A stretch of DNA of 64,000 nt from Raja brachyura. Its lineage: Eukaryota. Under the pieces are notes generated by a model. The model searched no databases and had not been told where the DNA came from. It worked only from the letters and a program-made list of their open reading frames with translations. This document shows positions 24,911 to 36,020 of the stretch, in pieces. The stretch lies in the NCBI GenBank assembly GCA_963514005.1, contig OY740804.1, forward strand, positions 34,472,001-34,536,000. Direction: 5' to 3'. The position numbers were made by a program, and so were the translations under genes. Each line of letters opens with the position of its first letter. Within the stretch, counting starts at the first letter, position 1.

Positions 24911-25407
24911 TTTGCCAATATTATGTCATTTGGGATTTGTACATATTCTACCACGTTGTTTGAAATTTGTTTTCTGTGACCATTGGGGTATTTTCAGTGT
25001 CCACGTGGTTGATTGATTGCAAAAAAACAACCCGTTTTGTTTCCTGTTATTCATCAGCTTCATTCACTGGAGATCCTGAACATGGGTGTTTTTCTATATA
25101 TCCATAGAAACACTTGTAATTTACTATTACATGCAATTTTTTGGCGAAATCAAATTGATCTGCATTACAAGCTTTATAATCTTGCTAAACTTACAACTAA
25201 AGTTGAGAGTAGGAATGGATTATAGTAATAATTGCTTATTGCGATCTAACGGAGCAACTTGTAGTATTCTTTATGTGGGGTAAATATGATGCTGGGGTCT
25301 GCTCATAATTGTGGGTAGATATGTCTAAAATTGGTCATGTTATGAGCATTGGCTGCAGCGCAGCTTTCTGCCTGTGGCTCCTGCTGCAATCTTATTGGAC
25401 TTCTCTA

Positions 25408-25645
25408 TGAGGACCACTTTCTTTAGTCAGAGGGTGGTGAATCTGTTGCCACAGACAGCTGTGGAGGCCTGGTTAATGGATAATTTTAAGGCAGAGATTG
25501 ATAGATTCTTGATTAGTAACAGTGTCTTGGGTTATGGGGAGAAGGCAGGAGAATGGAATTGATAGGGAAAGATAGGCCAACCATGATTGAATGGTGGAGT
25601 GGATTGAAGGGCCGAATGGCCTAATTCTCCTAGAACTTATGAACC
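25408..25645 (+). mobile_element. CR1 LINE 3' end
   Basis: cagagggtggtgaatctg...ggttatggggagaaggcaggagaatgg...gggccgaatggcctaattctc. Confidence 0.8.
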
Positions 25646-25659
25646 TTGTTAATTTCTGG

Positions 25660-27015
25660 GTAAATGCTGGGAACTATAGGCCAGTGAGCTTAACATCTAT
25701 AGTAGGAAAGTTATTAGAGTATTCTGATGATTAGGATATGCAGGCATTGAGATCTACAAGGGCTGATTAGGGATAGTCAGCATGGTTATCTACGTGGGAG
25801 GTCGTGTCTCACGAATCTGAGTATTTTGATGATGTGACCAAACAGGTCAATGAGGACCGAGCTCTATATGGACTTCAGCAAAGCATTCTACAAGGTTCCG
25901 TATGGCAGGCTGCTCTGGAAGATTAAATCGCGTGGATCCAAGGAGAGGTAGCCGAATGGATAGAAAATTGGCTTCATGGAAGGAAGGAGAGTGTGATGGA
26001 GGAAGGTTGCTTCTCCGACTGAAGGCCTGTGACGAGTGGTGTCTTGGGGTTCGGTGCTGGGCATGTTACTGTTTGTCATCCATATCAATGATTTGAATGA
26101 GGACATGGCAAGATTAGTAAGTTTGCAGATTATACAAAAGTGGGTGGTTTGCAGATAGTGGGGATGGTTGTGAAAAATTGCAGCAGGATCTTGATCGATT
26201 GGCCAAGTGGGTGGAGGAATGGTTGTTGGAATTTAATGCAGAGAAACAAGGTGTTGCATTTTGTGTAGTCTAACATGGGCAGGACCTACACATGGAATAT
26301 AGAACAGGGGGATCTAGGAGTGCAGGCGCAGGGTTCCTTGAAAGTGGAGTCGCCGGTAGATCGGGTGGTCAAAAAGCCTTTTGGCACATTGGCCTTCATC
26401 AGTATTGAGTATAGAAGTTGGGGCGTCATGTTGCAGTTGTATAACACGTTGGTGAGACCGCATTTGGAGCATTGTGTTCAGTTCAGGGCACCGTGGTATA
26501 GAAAACACATGTTATAAGAAAGATGTCAAGCGGGAAAGGGTACCGAGATTTACGAGAATGTTGCCAGGACTAGAGGATATGAGCTATAGGGAAAGGTTGA
26601 GTGGGACTCTATTCCTTGGAGTGTAGGAAGATGAGGGGTGATCTTATAGAGGTGTATAAGATCATGAGAGGAATAGATCTGGTAGATGCACAGAGTCTTG
26701 CCCAGAGTAGGTGAATCGAGGACCAGAGGACATAGGTTTAAGATGAAGGGGAAAAGATTTAATAAGAATCTGGGAGGTAACGTTTCACACAAAGTGGTGC
26801 TGGATGTCTGGAACTGAAGCTGCCAGAGAAGGTATTTGAGATAGGGGCTATCCCAACATTTAAAACAAGGTTAGAGAGGTACATGCATGGTTTGGAGGGA
26901 TATAGACCAAATGCAGGCAAGTGGAACTAGTGTAGCTGTGACATGTTGGCCAGTGTGGGCAATTTGGGCCGAAGGACCTGTTTCCACATTGTATCACTCT
27001 ATGAATTCTATGATA
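25660..27015 (+). mobile_element. CR1 LINE, decayed RT region through 3' tail
   Basis: Fragments NYRPVSLT, QHG...SCLTN, DFSKAF, SKFADYTK, LYNTLVRPHLEHCVQF, RTRGH, followed by a ctctatga tail. Confidence 0.88.
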
Positions 27016-27749
27016 TGAACCGGGGAACGCATAGTTGTTCAGATTTTCTTCCTATTGTCTGGGAATTCTGTCCATTGAACCTGTGCCATATTAACCTAGC
27101 AACAGCAAGCAACTGTACTGTACAGTAAATTGGTTAGTCATGGGACCACCTTGTGGCTGAGATGGTCAGTGACCTGTAACCTTTGAAATAGCAAATGCCA
27201 ATGTTTAACATGTAATCTAAGCAAGCTGGCAGCCCCTTGTTGTCATCCAGTTCGGTATCCTAATTTAATCAGAAATCCATTTAGTGATTGCAATCCAGTG
27301 GTCTGCCCACCCACAGTTTCTGCTGGGGTAAAACATGTTTAGTTGCTTGACAAGAACAACATTAATCTCTGGATAGTAGGTTAACATTGATTGCAAGTAT
27401 TCTACCAGGTTACTGCATGAAGGAAGCTTTAAGACAATTGTTTTACATAAATCAGTAACTAGAGAGCACGTCTGGTTCAGCTTGTTTAATGTTTAAATAG
27501 TGTTTTGAATTTCTAGCTTTGCTGGGGTTCAAAATATCACCAACCAGGAGACTGGCTATCTGAATAACAGGAACGCGCACATTAGGCTGCTATTTATTGA
27601 CTACAGTTCAGCGTTCAACAGTTTCATCCCTTCCCTACTTATCACCCAGCTCCAAGATTTGAGTCTCGATACCTCTTTTTGCAACTGGCTCCTTGGCTTT
27701 TTGCACCACAGATCTCAATCACATGGATCGGTAACAACATCTGACTGAC

Positions 27750-28350
27750 CATCATGACAGGTGCACCTTAAGGCTATGTGCTTGGCCTTCTGCTCTATTC
27801 TAAAGATGACCACCGATCCAATGGCATCGATAAATTTGCTGATGGTACCACCCTGCCAAATCACAGGTGATGAGTTAGCCTGCAGGAGAGTGATAAAACA
27901 CATCACTTAGCTAGTGCTACCATAACCACCTCTAGCTCAATGCCAATAAGTCCCATGAATTATTTGTTGACTTCAGAAAGGGGGAGTTGGGAGACCATAC
28001 GCCAGTTTTCATCAAGGGATTCTGTGGCCTAGGTAGTAACCAGTTTCAAATTCCTGTATATTAACATCTCGGATGACGTGTCCAGAGCCCAGTACACAGA
28101 TGTAATGACAAAGAAGGCGTGCTAGCAAATGACAGTTTAAAGAAATTGGGCATGTTACGGAATACTCTAACAGACTTCTACAGATGATTGCAACATGGCC
28201 CAGTGTGGTAATTCCAACACACAGAAAGGCAAGAATCTGCAGAAAGTGGTGGACTCATCCCAGTCGATCATGGGCACAGCCAATGTTTAACATTGTTGAA
28301 TTGTTGAATGCATCTTCATGAGGCACTGCTTCAGGATGGCAATATGTATC
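27750..28350 (+). mobile_element. Degraded Rex1/Babar RT fragment
   Basis: aaatttgctgatggtaccacc (KFAD-like), gttgacttcagaaag, aagaatctgcagaaagtggtggac. Confidence 0.6.
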
Positions 28351-28529
28351 AAGGTATTAATATTGGATTATTATTGTCATGTGTACTTAGTTACTGTGAA
28401 GGTTTGCTGGCATGCTATCCAGTTGAACCATATCATTCATGAGTACAACCCAGCCATGCACAAGTGCAACAGTTGTGCGGAGAGAAAAATCTAGAGTGTA
28501 GAATATAGTGTTACAATTCACTGAAGTAC

Positions 28530-29460
28530 TCTTGACTGCAGTGGCAGGCTCATTTTGGTTGTAGATCTTTGAATATGGAGCAGTCCGTCAACTCCAAGCA
28601 GTTGCGAAGGATTTCGTCTGTATTCTTAGTCGAGGACTGTATGATCTTATGTACTTAATCCTCCCGTTTCAGTTTTTGTTTGTCAAGTTAAAGTTCACAT
28701 TTATTATCACATGCACCAATTGGTACAGTGAAATTTGAGTTGCCATACAACCATACGAATAAAAAGAACACAATACACAATAGAGTTTAACATTAACATG
28801 TACCACAGCGGAATCAACGTTTCACACTGATGGAAGGAAATAAAGTTCAGTCATCTTCCTCTTTGTTCACCTGTGGTCGGGGCCTTTGAACCCTCCGCAG
28901 TCGCCACTACAGGCGGCCCGGTACAGGCCCTCTCGCCGGGATGATCGAATCTCCAGCGGCGAACTGAGGAACCCACTCTGTGGCTTGGGGTCCCCGAGAC
29001 GGCCGCTTCTTACCGGAGACCACGGCTTCCGAAGTCCACAGGCCGAGCTCGGTGGAGCTCCAACACTGGCGATACTTGGCAAAAGATCCCAAGCCTCTGC
29101 GATGTTAAGATCAGCGTCTAGATGGTCAGATTTTCTAATATGCAGTTGGAGATGGATTTGGAGGTGTCCTTGATGGTTGCACTGCAGTGGTGGAGAGTGT
29201 TTGAGCTTCCTGTGGGACAGGAGACTGGCTAATAGTATTTTAGCGGCACTGTCTTGAGGTTGGCCTGCTTGAAACATGACTATTATGAACAAGGATTCAG
29301 GGTACTTTGTTTCAAGGTTTATTGGTAACGATTCACCCAATGCAAGCTTTGCATCAAAATGGGGTGGGATGTAGACGGCTGTCAGGATAACCAATGTGAA
29401 TTCCCACAGCAGGTAGTGGGGACTACACTTCACTGTTAGATGTTCCAGGTCGAGGGGGAG
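28530..29460 (-). mobile_element. Rex1/Babar endonuclease-region fragment, interrupted by a GC-rich retro-insertion at about 28685-29120
   Basis: LEHLTVKCSPHYLLWEFTLVILTAVYIPP is the Rex1/Babar APE motif. The insert has a Rex-like 3' tail in antisense (aagttaaagttcacatttattatcacatgcacc) and a CpG-rich body. Confidence 0.65.
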
Positions 29461-30262
29461 TTGTTCACTGGGACTGCCATGTTCAAGCACCTCATAGGGT
29501 TGATTGGGCATCAACCCCTCTGTACCTAATCTTGCTTGAGAATATCCTATGGTCCATCTGGCAGTCCAAGTCGTATGGTGCCCTCAGTTGAAGCCAGAGT
29601 GTGCCATGCCCCTAAAACAGAGCACACAGCAGTCTATGAGCTGCCCTCTATCAGTGCCATGCTCTCGTGCTGCAACCATCAGATAGGAGTTAGGGGCATG
29701 CTCACCACTTGGTTTTGGGACTACTTCCCTACAACTGTCATGTTCTTAAACCACCCACACGCCTAATCCTATCGTAACGATGGAATACCACAGTCCACCT
29801 TTTGCACTGCATGGACTTATTTTTTGTAACTGTTTTGCACTAATGTTTTGTATTTCTATTATGCAGTCTTTATTTAGTGTCTTGTGGAATTTGTGTATTT
29901 TAAATTTTTGTTTGTGTTTTTTCAAATCGGAGTCTCTGATGCTGCTGCAAGCAAAACATTTTTTTGTACCTGTAACTTGCTATACTTGTGCATATGACAG
30001 TAAACTACTTGACTTTACAAGCAAATGTTCACTGGTGATGCTTTAACTTACAATCCAATAGTTCTCTTTTGACATTAGCCATCCATATTCTCTAAGGATG
30101 CTAGCCAATTGTTATAATTGGAAAAACTTTATTAAGTTCACAGCTTGAAATGAAACTTTCATATTCCCAACAAAATTATGTAAGGACTCGTAGTGAAAGT
30201 AAGCCATCTGGTTCTTCATGTTTGCCCTGCCATTCAATATAATCATGACTGATCTGTCCTAG

Positions 30263-31395
30263 TAGGCTGTGGGCCGAGGAGCTTTTTCGTTCAGGTTCGT
30301 GAGCCAACTCACGGAACTGCCTAAATTTTTAACATAATGTGTCAAAATATTATATAAATCATACCTGAAAATCGTCAGGAGCAAAACCTGCACATTTTTA
30401 AGAAATATGAGAAAAGCCTCAATTTTTCTCACTAATTGCACGATCAATGCACCTTTGACATTGGTCAATTTTCGTCCGACCTCAATCCCGCGCTTTGTTT
30501 TATGGTCGCTAGGCAGCGAGGACCCTGCGATCATGGTTACCTCCTCAGTACATCAAAACAATACTAAGGTTTCTAAGGATAAAGGTCATGCTCACCTTGC
30601 TGATAATTTTGTTTTTCAATTGATTTATCTTTATAAAATTATGATGTGAACAGTTAAATAAAAATGATAAATAACAAATGTAGAGCTAGGGTTGGGATTA
30701 GGGCGAGTCTGTCAGTCGAGCTTGTCGGGAGGCCGATGGATGGTGTGGAGGATCGGTCGGGCCGGGCCTCTGTCGGGTGGTGATCGTTGGGCCGGTCCTC
30801 CGCGGGGATTGTGGGAGCGGTCGGGCCGGGCATCCGGCGGGTGGTGAGCGTTGGGCTAGGCCGGGCCTCCGGTGGGTGGCGAGCATTGGGCCGGGCCTCT
30901 GGTGGGTGCTGCAAGGGGTCAGTCTGGCTGTCAGGCTGCTGGAGCAGGCGCTATGGGGGTGCTGAAGATGGCCCGGGCGGCGTGCAGGGCAGTGCTGCTC
31001 CCCACCATCATCACCAGAACAGCATGCTGGCCAAGGCGGACGCGCTGCAGGGCCACACGTACAGAGCCCGCAGCCGGTCCCATAGCAGCTCCAGCTCTGG
31101 ATGGGGGGTTAGTTAGGGTTAGGCATTTTCCTGTCAGTGGAAGCTGCCTTTGCCTTCCCCCAGCCTGGCACTGCCGCAGTCCCACTTTAGCCTTGGACAC
31201 TAGATGGCGCTTACTTTTTCTATCTCATTTTCTAATTAGTTTAAATAATGAATGTGCAACTTTTGGCACTGACGAGTTATGACTTCTTTCTGAATTATAT
31301 TTTATCTAAATCTGTGCATAATTTCATGTAGTTCCGAGGCAAAGGTCACGAAAGTTGATCTCTAGACACATTTTTGATGCTCGGCCCACAGCCAA
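30263..31395. mobile_element. Non-autonomous TIR DNA transposon (superfamily uncertain) with GC-rich core
   Basis: Termini TAGGCTGTGGGCCGAG / CTCGGCCCACAGCCAA form a 16-bp inverted repeat with 1 mismatch. Flanks TAG/CAG are a possible 3-bp TSD. It interrupts an antisense CR1 tail. Confidence 0.65.
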
Positions 31396-32963
31396 CAGGC
31401 ATCCAATCCTCATGTGCTAATTATCCATAATTTTTACTTCTGCAATGTTTCAAAATTTTGTTTTTCTCCTCTTTAAATATTTCTGGTGATATAATCTCCA
31501 CAAAATACTGGGGTAACAAATTCCAGAGATTTGCTATCCTCAGACATTACCGAAGCTGCCTCGGCATACACAGTGCAGTAGCAAAAGCATGAATTTGAGT
31601 TTCACACCTATTAAGGTGCATGAATGGTTTCATTTGGATGCTGACATACGTATACAGAGTAGAATTACTTATTTTGTAATTTCCATCCTATCAAAGTTTT
31701 CGAGTACATATTGTTTCCTGGTATGTGATGATACTCAACCTGTGTTTCTTATTGATTTGCGGGTTAGGTTGTGACCAATTGTAACATTCCTGCATCTGTG
31801 TCAGAAAGATTGTGTTCAAGTCCTAGAGAATTAAGAGGCTGAGGTTGCAGTTTTATAATGTGTGATGTCAAATATTTGAAAATACTGACTGAATGCTGCT
31901 TTGTTGGAGGTAATCCTATTTGAAACTGCAAATCAAACTAGGTCTTTTGTGAGTACTACTTTGTGTGGATTGATTTTATTATCAGTTAATGACATTTAAT
32001 TGAGGAAAACATAATCAACTGGCCGTTCATTCAATCCATTGTGAAATTTGTGTGATTTGGGGTGCAATTAATTGGCTTACTTTGTTACTTTTTGTGTTGC
32101 ATTGAAATATCTTGAGTTGTAATTACATGTGCTTCCTAAATGTGATAATTTGTAAATATATTTTTGATGTGTTTACATTTTGCAGAAAAAGGGGGTGGGG
32201 GAGATATAGCAGGGAGAAGTTATTTGTTTACACCACAAATCGGACGTAAATATCTGACAGGGTTTTATATAATGATATTTGTTTGATGCTTTTGATGTGC
32301 TTTTTTTGTTTTTTGTTTTATGACTCCCTGTAGTGCATGCATTTAGGTGCTTTAATCTGAAACACAAAGATGCATTAAAATACATGCATGTGGCCTGCTC
32401 GTAAACCAAGACTATCAATTACAGATGTTCACCTAATTGTTTTTTTTAATGTGGGACTGAAATACCGATGACTGGAAATGAAGCTTGCAATTTTGACTCA
32501 TGCAGGAAAGTGTGTTTTTGCAATACTCCTATATACAATGGACGGTTTGAGTAACAAAGTTTTAAGGTCACAGTTTTTTGTGGTCTTTATACTTTCCACA
32601 GCAATGCGTTATTGTACAAACCACATCAATCTTGTCAAATTAAAATATTGACAAAGTAATAATTAAATAAATATACAGTTGCTCATTTCAATGCAACTTT
32701 TGCCAATCGGCTGCTTTTCCATCACATCTCCCGCATTCTATTCCTTTGCCGACAGTGCTGCTCTTTAAAAAAAAAAGAGAGAAATGAATTATGTTTTATT
32801 TTGGTACTCTTTGAGAGCTTTTATCGAGCTATTAAACATAAATCATAATATACAAGAACATCTACATTTCTATGTGGACAATTTTGGTAATTCCAATTAA
32901 TTCTATTTTTGTGATCTCCAATTGACAGATTTTTCCCAAAGGATAATCCAATCTGAATAACTC

Positions 32964-33185
32964 CTTGTGCAGGAAAGACGTGCCAATGCTGGTTTAAATT
33001 GAAAGTAGACACAAAATACTAGAGTAACTCAGCGGGACAGGCAGCATCTCTGGAGAGAAGGAATGGGTGACATTTTGGGTTGAGACCCTTCAGACTGAAG
33101 AAGGGTCTCGACCTGAGATATCACCCATTCCTTCTCTCCAGCGATACTGCCTGTCTTGAGTTACTCCAGCATTTTTTGTGTACCT
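32964..33185. mobile_element. Palindromic Penelope terminal-repeat-only element with 10-bp TSD
   Basis: Two inverted arms meeting at cccttcagactgaagaagggt. TGAATAACTC at 32954-32963 and 33186-33195. Confidence 0.75.
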
Positions 33186-33974
33186 TGAATAACTCTCATG
33201 GTTAACACACATTTAGATCAACAAACGTTTGTCATAAATAATTGATGCAAATAGTATTACTATTAAAGCAGTTTAACTATTAAGATGTCTCAAATTAGTA
33301 AGTATCTAGTATTTGCTACTAATGTGAAGCTCAGCTATTGGGAGAGTACCAGGAATTTCCATTAGTAAGTCCTGAGCTATTTTAACGGAACATTACCGGT
33401 TTTTAAAACACAAACCATGAGGGTTATATTAAACCGAATAAGAAAATGTGAAACTTTTCTTGCCTCGTCTCTGGGATTGGGGTGTGAAGGAGTCCGAGAG
33501 CACTGAAGTAGCTGTTGTTAAATCCAGTTGCCTAAGCTTTCAAGTTCTTTTATCTGTTCTCGGAATATGAAAGACACAAAAGGGAATCGTCAGGGTGACA
33601 GGCATTCTGGATGATGCTCCCAGTCTTACTGAAGAAACATGCCAAAAAGATAGACTGGACGGATAGAAATGAAGAGCCTATGATGGATCGGACTGTGTTT
33701 ACCACTCTACAGATTCAAGCAGTCATGAGCAGGGCATTTACCAGCTAGACTTAAATTCACCCTATCTGAATAATTTCTATTTCACATCTGTGGATGTGCT
33801 GAATTTCCATAAAAGCCTAAGAAAGCACAATTTTTTAAACTTATTATTTTAAATCACCGTAAAGGGACCAGAATGTCTAGGAACTTAAACCTGTCTGTCA
33901 TCTTTAACACAACTCCATTGCTGAAGACTGGGTCAAGTGAGGAGGCTAGTGTAATCTTGGATTATGAACACACG

Positions 33975-34430
33975 GCTGAATATAAAACGGGCCCAAGTGT
34001 CTAACCCATCCATGCCTACCAAGATACTATACGCTGATCCCATTTGCCTGCATTTGGTCCATATCCTTCTGAACGTTGGAATCTATTTACCTGGTAAAAT
34101 GCCTATTAAAAGTGACTTTATCAGCCTCCACTTATGTCCCTCATAATTGTACAGGTCTCCGATGTCATCCTTAAGCTGTATTTGCTCTGGGGAAAACATT
34201 CTCTGCCTATCCAATCACTCCTTGTAAATCACTCTCCTTCCCGGCAACATTCCTGTGAATCTATTCTGCACCCTCTCCAGTTTAATCACATATTTCCTAC
34301 AGTATGATTTCCAGAACAGCATGGAATACACCAAGTATGACTAAACCAATGATTATACAATTGTAAATATAGTTCCTAACTCTTGTACTCAATGCCATGG
34401 CCGATTGAAGGCAAGCCTACCATATGTCTG
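33975..34430 (-). mobile_element. Decayed CR1 3' fragment
   Basis: cccatttgcctgcatttggtccatatcc, ggcaacattcctgtgaatctattctgcaccctctccag. Confidence 0.65.
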
Positions 34431-35844
34431 ACACTATCTTATAATTAAGTGACTGGAGGTACAATGAAGGAGGGTGGGATATTTCTTGTCTATCCTAGGG
34501 GGTTGGGGAGATGAAAATAATCTTTGCTCAAAGCCTTGTTGAAACCATTTAGGTGACATTGGATCGAATCTGGATTCTACCATTGAAAGAACAAAAAAAG
34601 TGCTGAGATCATTCAGTAGGCCATGTTGGATCTGTAGAATGAGAAATGATTAACACTCCAGAGCAGAGAACCTTCATTTGACATTTTTTCCTTCCAGAGA
34701 TGTTGCCTGCTCTGCTGAGTGTCTCCAGTATTTCCAGTTGATTTTGTTTCAGATTTTTAGTTTTTGTAGATTTTTGACTTTCATTTACTGCATTCCACGT
34801 ACACGGGTTCAGTGTATGATGGTGTGCAAGTGTAAAATCTGTCGCAGTTAAGGTAAAAAAATATTGCATTACTCTGGAATAGCACTGCCTGAATAGGAAG
34901 AGATAGGATATTGCGCATCTGCATAGTCAGACTAAGGCATCTGATCTGAAGTTGTGCATCAGTGCCCAGATGATGATTTATAGGGAATGCCAAACTTAAA
35001 ATGCTTGCATATGGTGCAGTGTGTGTAGCTTGGAAATTTTGATGCTGCAGTCATGATTGAACAGCTTCCTGTGGGTTCAGCAGGGGATGAATTATCTGGA
35101 AAGCCTTTTAAATTTTCTGCTCTAATGTCAATACAACAGCAGCTGACATAGCAAAATGCAGATTCTCTTATCAGATTTGAGATGTGTGGGTTCTGTAAGA
35201 GACAAATCAGCAATTTTTTGTCTTCCCGCAGGTTGAAGACAGTTTCTGCACAACTTAAAACCTTGCTGAATGGCAACTTGCAAATATTGAAATTATTAGC
35301 CACTAGAGAGGAAGGTGACTTAGAGAGGCTAACATGAAAGTAATGCAACATTTTAATCTCCTCACGTTTGCTGGTCGTGCAGGATTAACAAAATCGTATT
35401 TTATGTGGTCACCTGTAATATTTTATAGCATTATAAAATGTTGGCAGAGTGCAGGCCAGGGCGAAGCCATGTTTTCATCCCTATTAAAATTGATTTGCAT
35501 TGCTGCTGGAGCAGATTTAAAATTTTACAGCCGCACCTTGAATGTCATTTGAGTATGCACACAAGCCCTGTTAGCTAAATTCCTTATTCTAAAGATGTCA
35601 TGTTATTGGTGAAGAAACTGCTTTTATTTACTGTTTATTAAACCAAGCTATTAGGCTTAGTTGCTGGTTTCTGCCAATGCTATGTAAGTTTTATGCGGAT
35701 TGTTATGATCAACTGAGCTAGTTTGAAAGAAGCTAGGCACCAGAAAACATTATCAGCATTTTCTCTATTTTGTCTAAACACTTAGTTATATCAAAGGCTT
35801 GTTATATGACAATGACGATGGTGTATATAAAGATTATTTATTTA

Positions 35845-36020
35845 GGGAAAGACACAAAGTGCTTGACTGACTCAGCAGGTAAGGCAGCATCTCTGGAGAA
35901 CACAAATAAGTGATGTTTTAGGTCAGTTCCCCTTTTCAGCAATGCTGTCTAACCCACTGAATTGCTCCAACACTTTCAACTTTTTTTGATGGACCAGCAT
36001 CTGCAGTTTCTTGTGTCTAC
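35845..36020. mobile_element. Palindromic Penelope terminal-repeat derivative
   Basis: agacacaaagtgct...ctcagcaggtaaggcagcatctctggag ... atgctgtctaacccactgaattgctcca...ccagcatctgcagtttcttg. Confidence 0.6.

Noticed and set aside
30740-30910. CRISPR-like array
   Set aside because: Degenerate GC-rich minisatellite with no unique spacers, in a vertebrate intron, with no cas genes.
31105-31123. Interstitial telomere or fusion site
   Set aside because: Only about three degenerate units, and they lie inside a transposon.
33095-33125. Functional hammerhead in the hairpin element (also about 45445 and about 47310)
   Set aside because: Core mutations: GAAA to GAGA, CUGA to CUAA, and GUC to GCC respectively.
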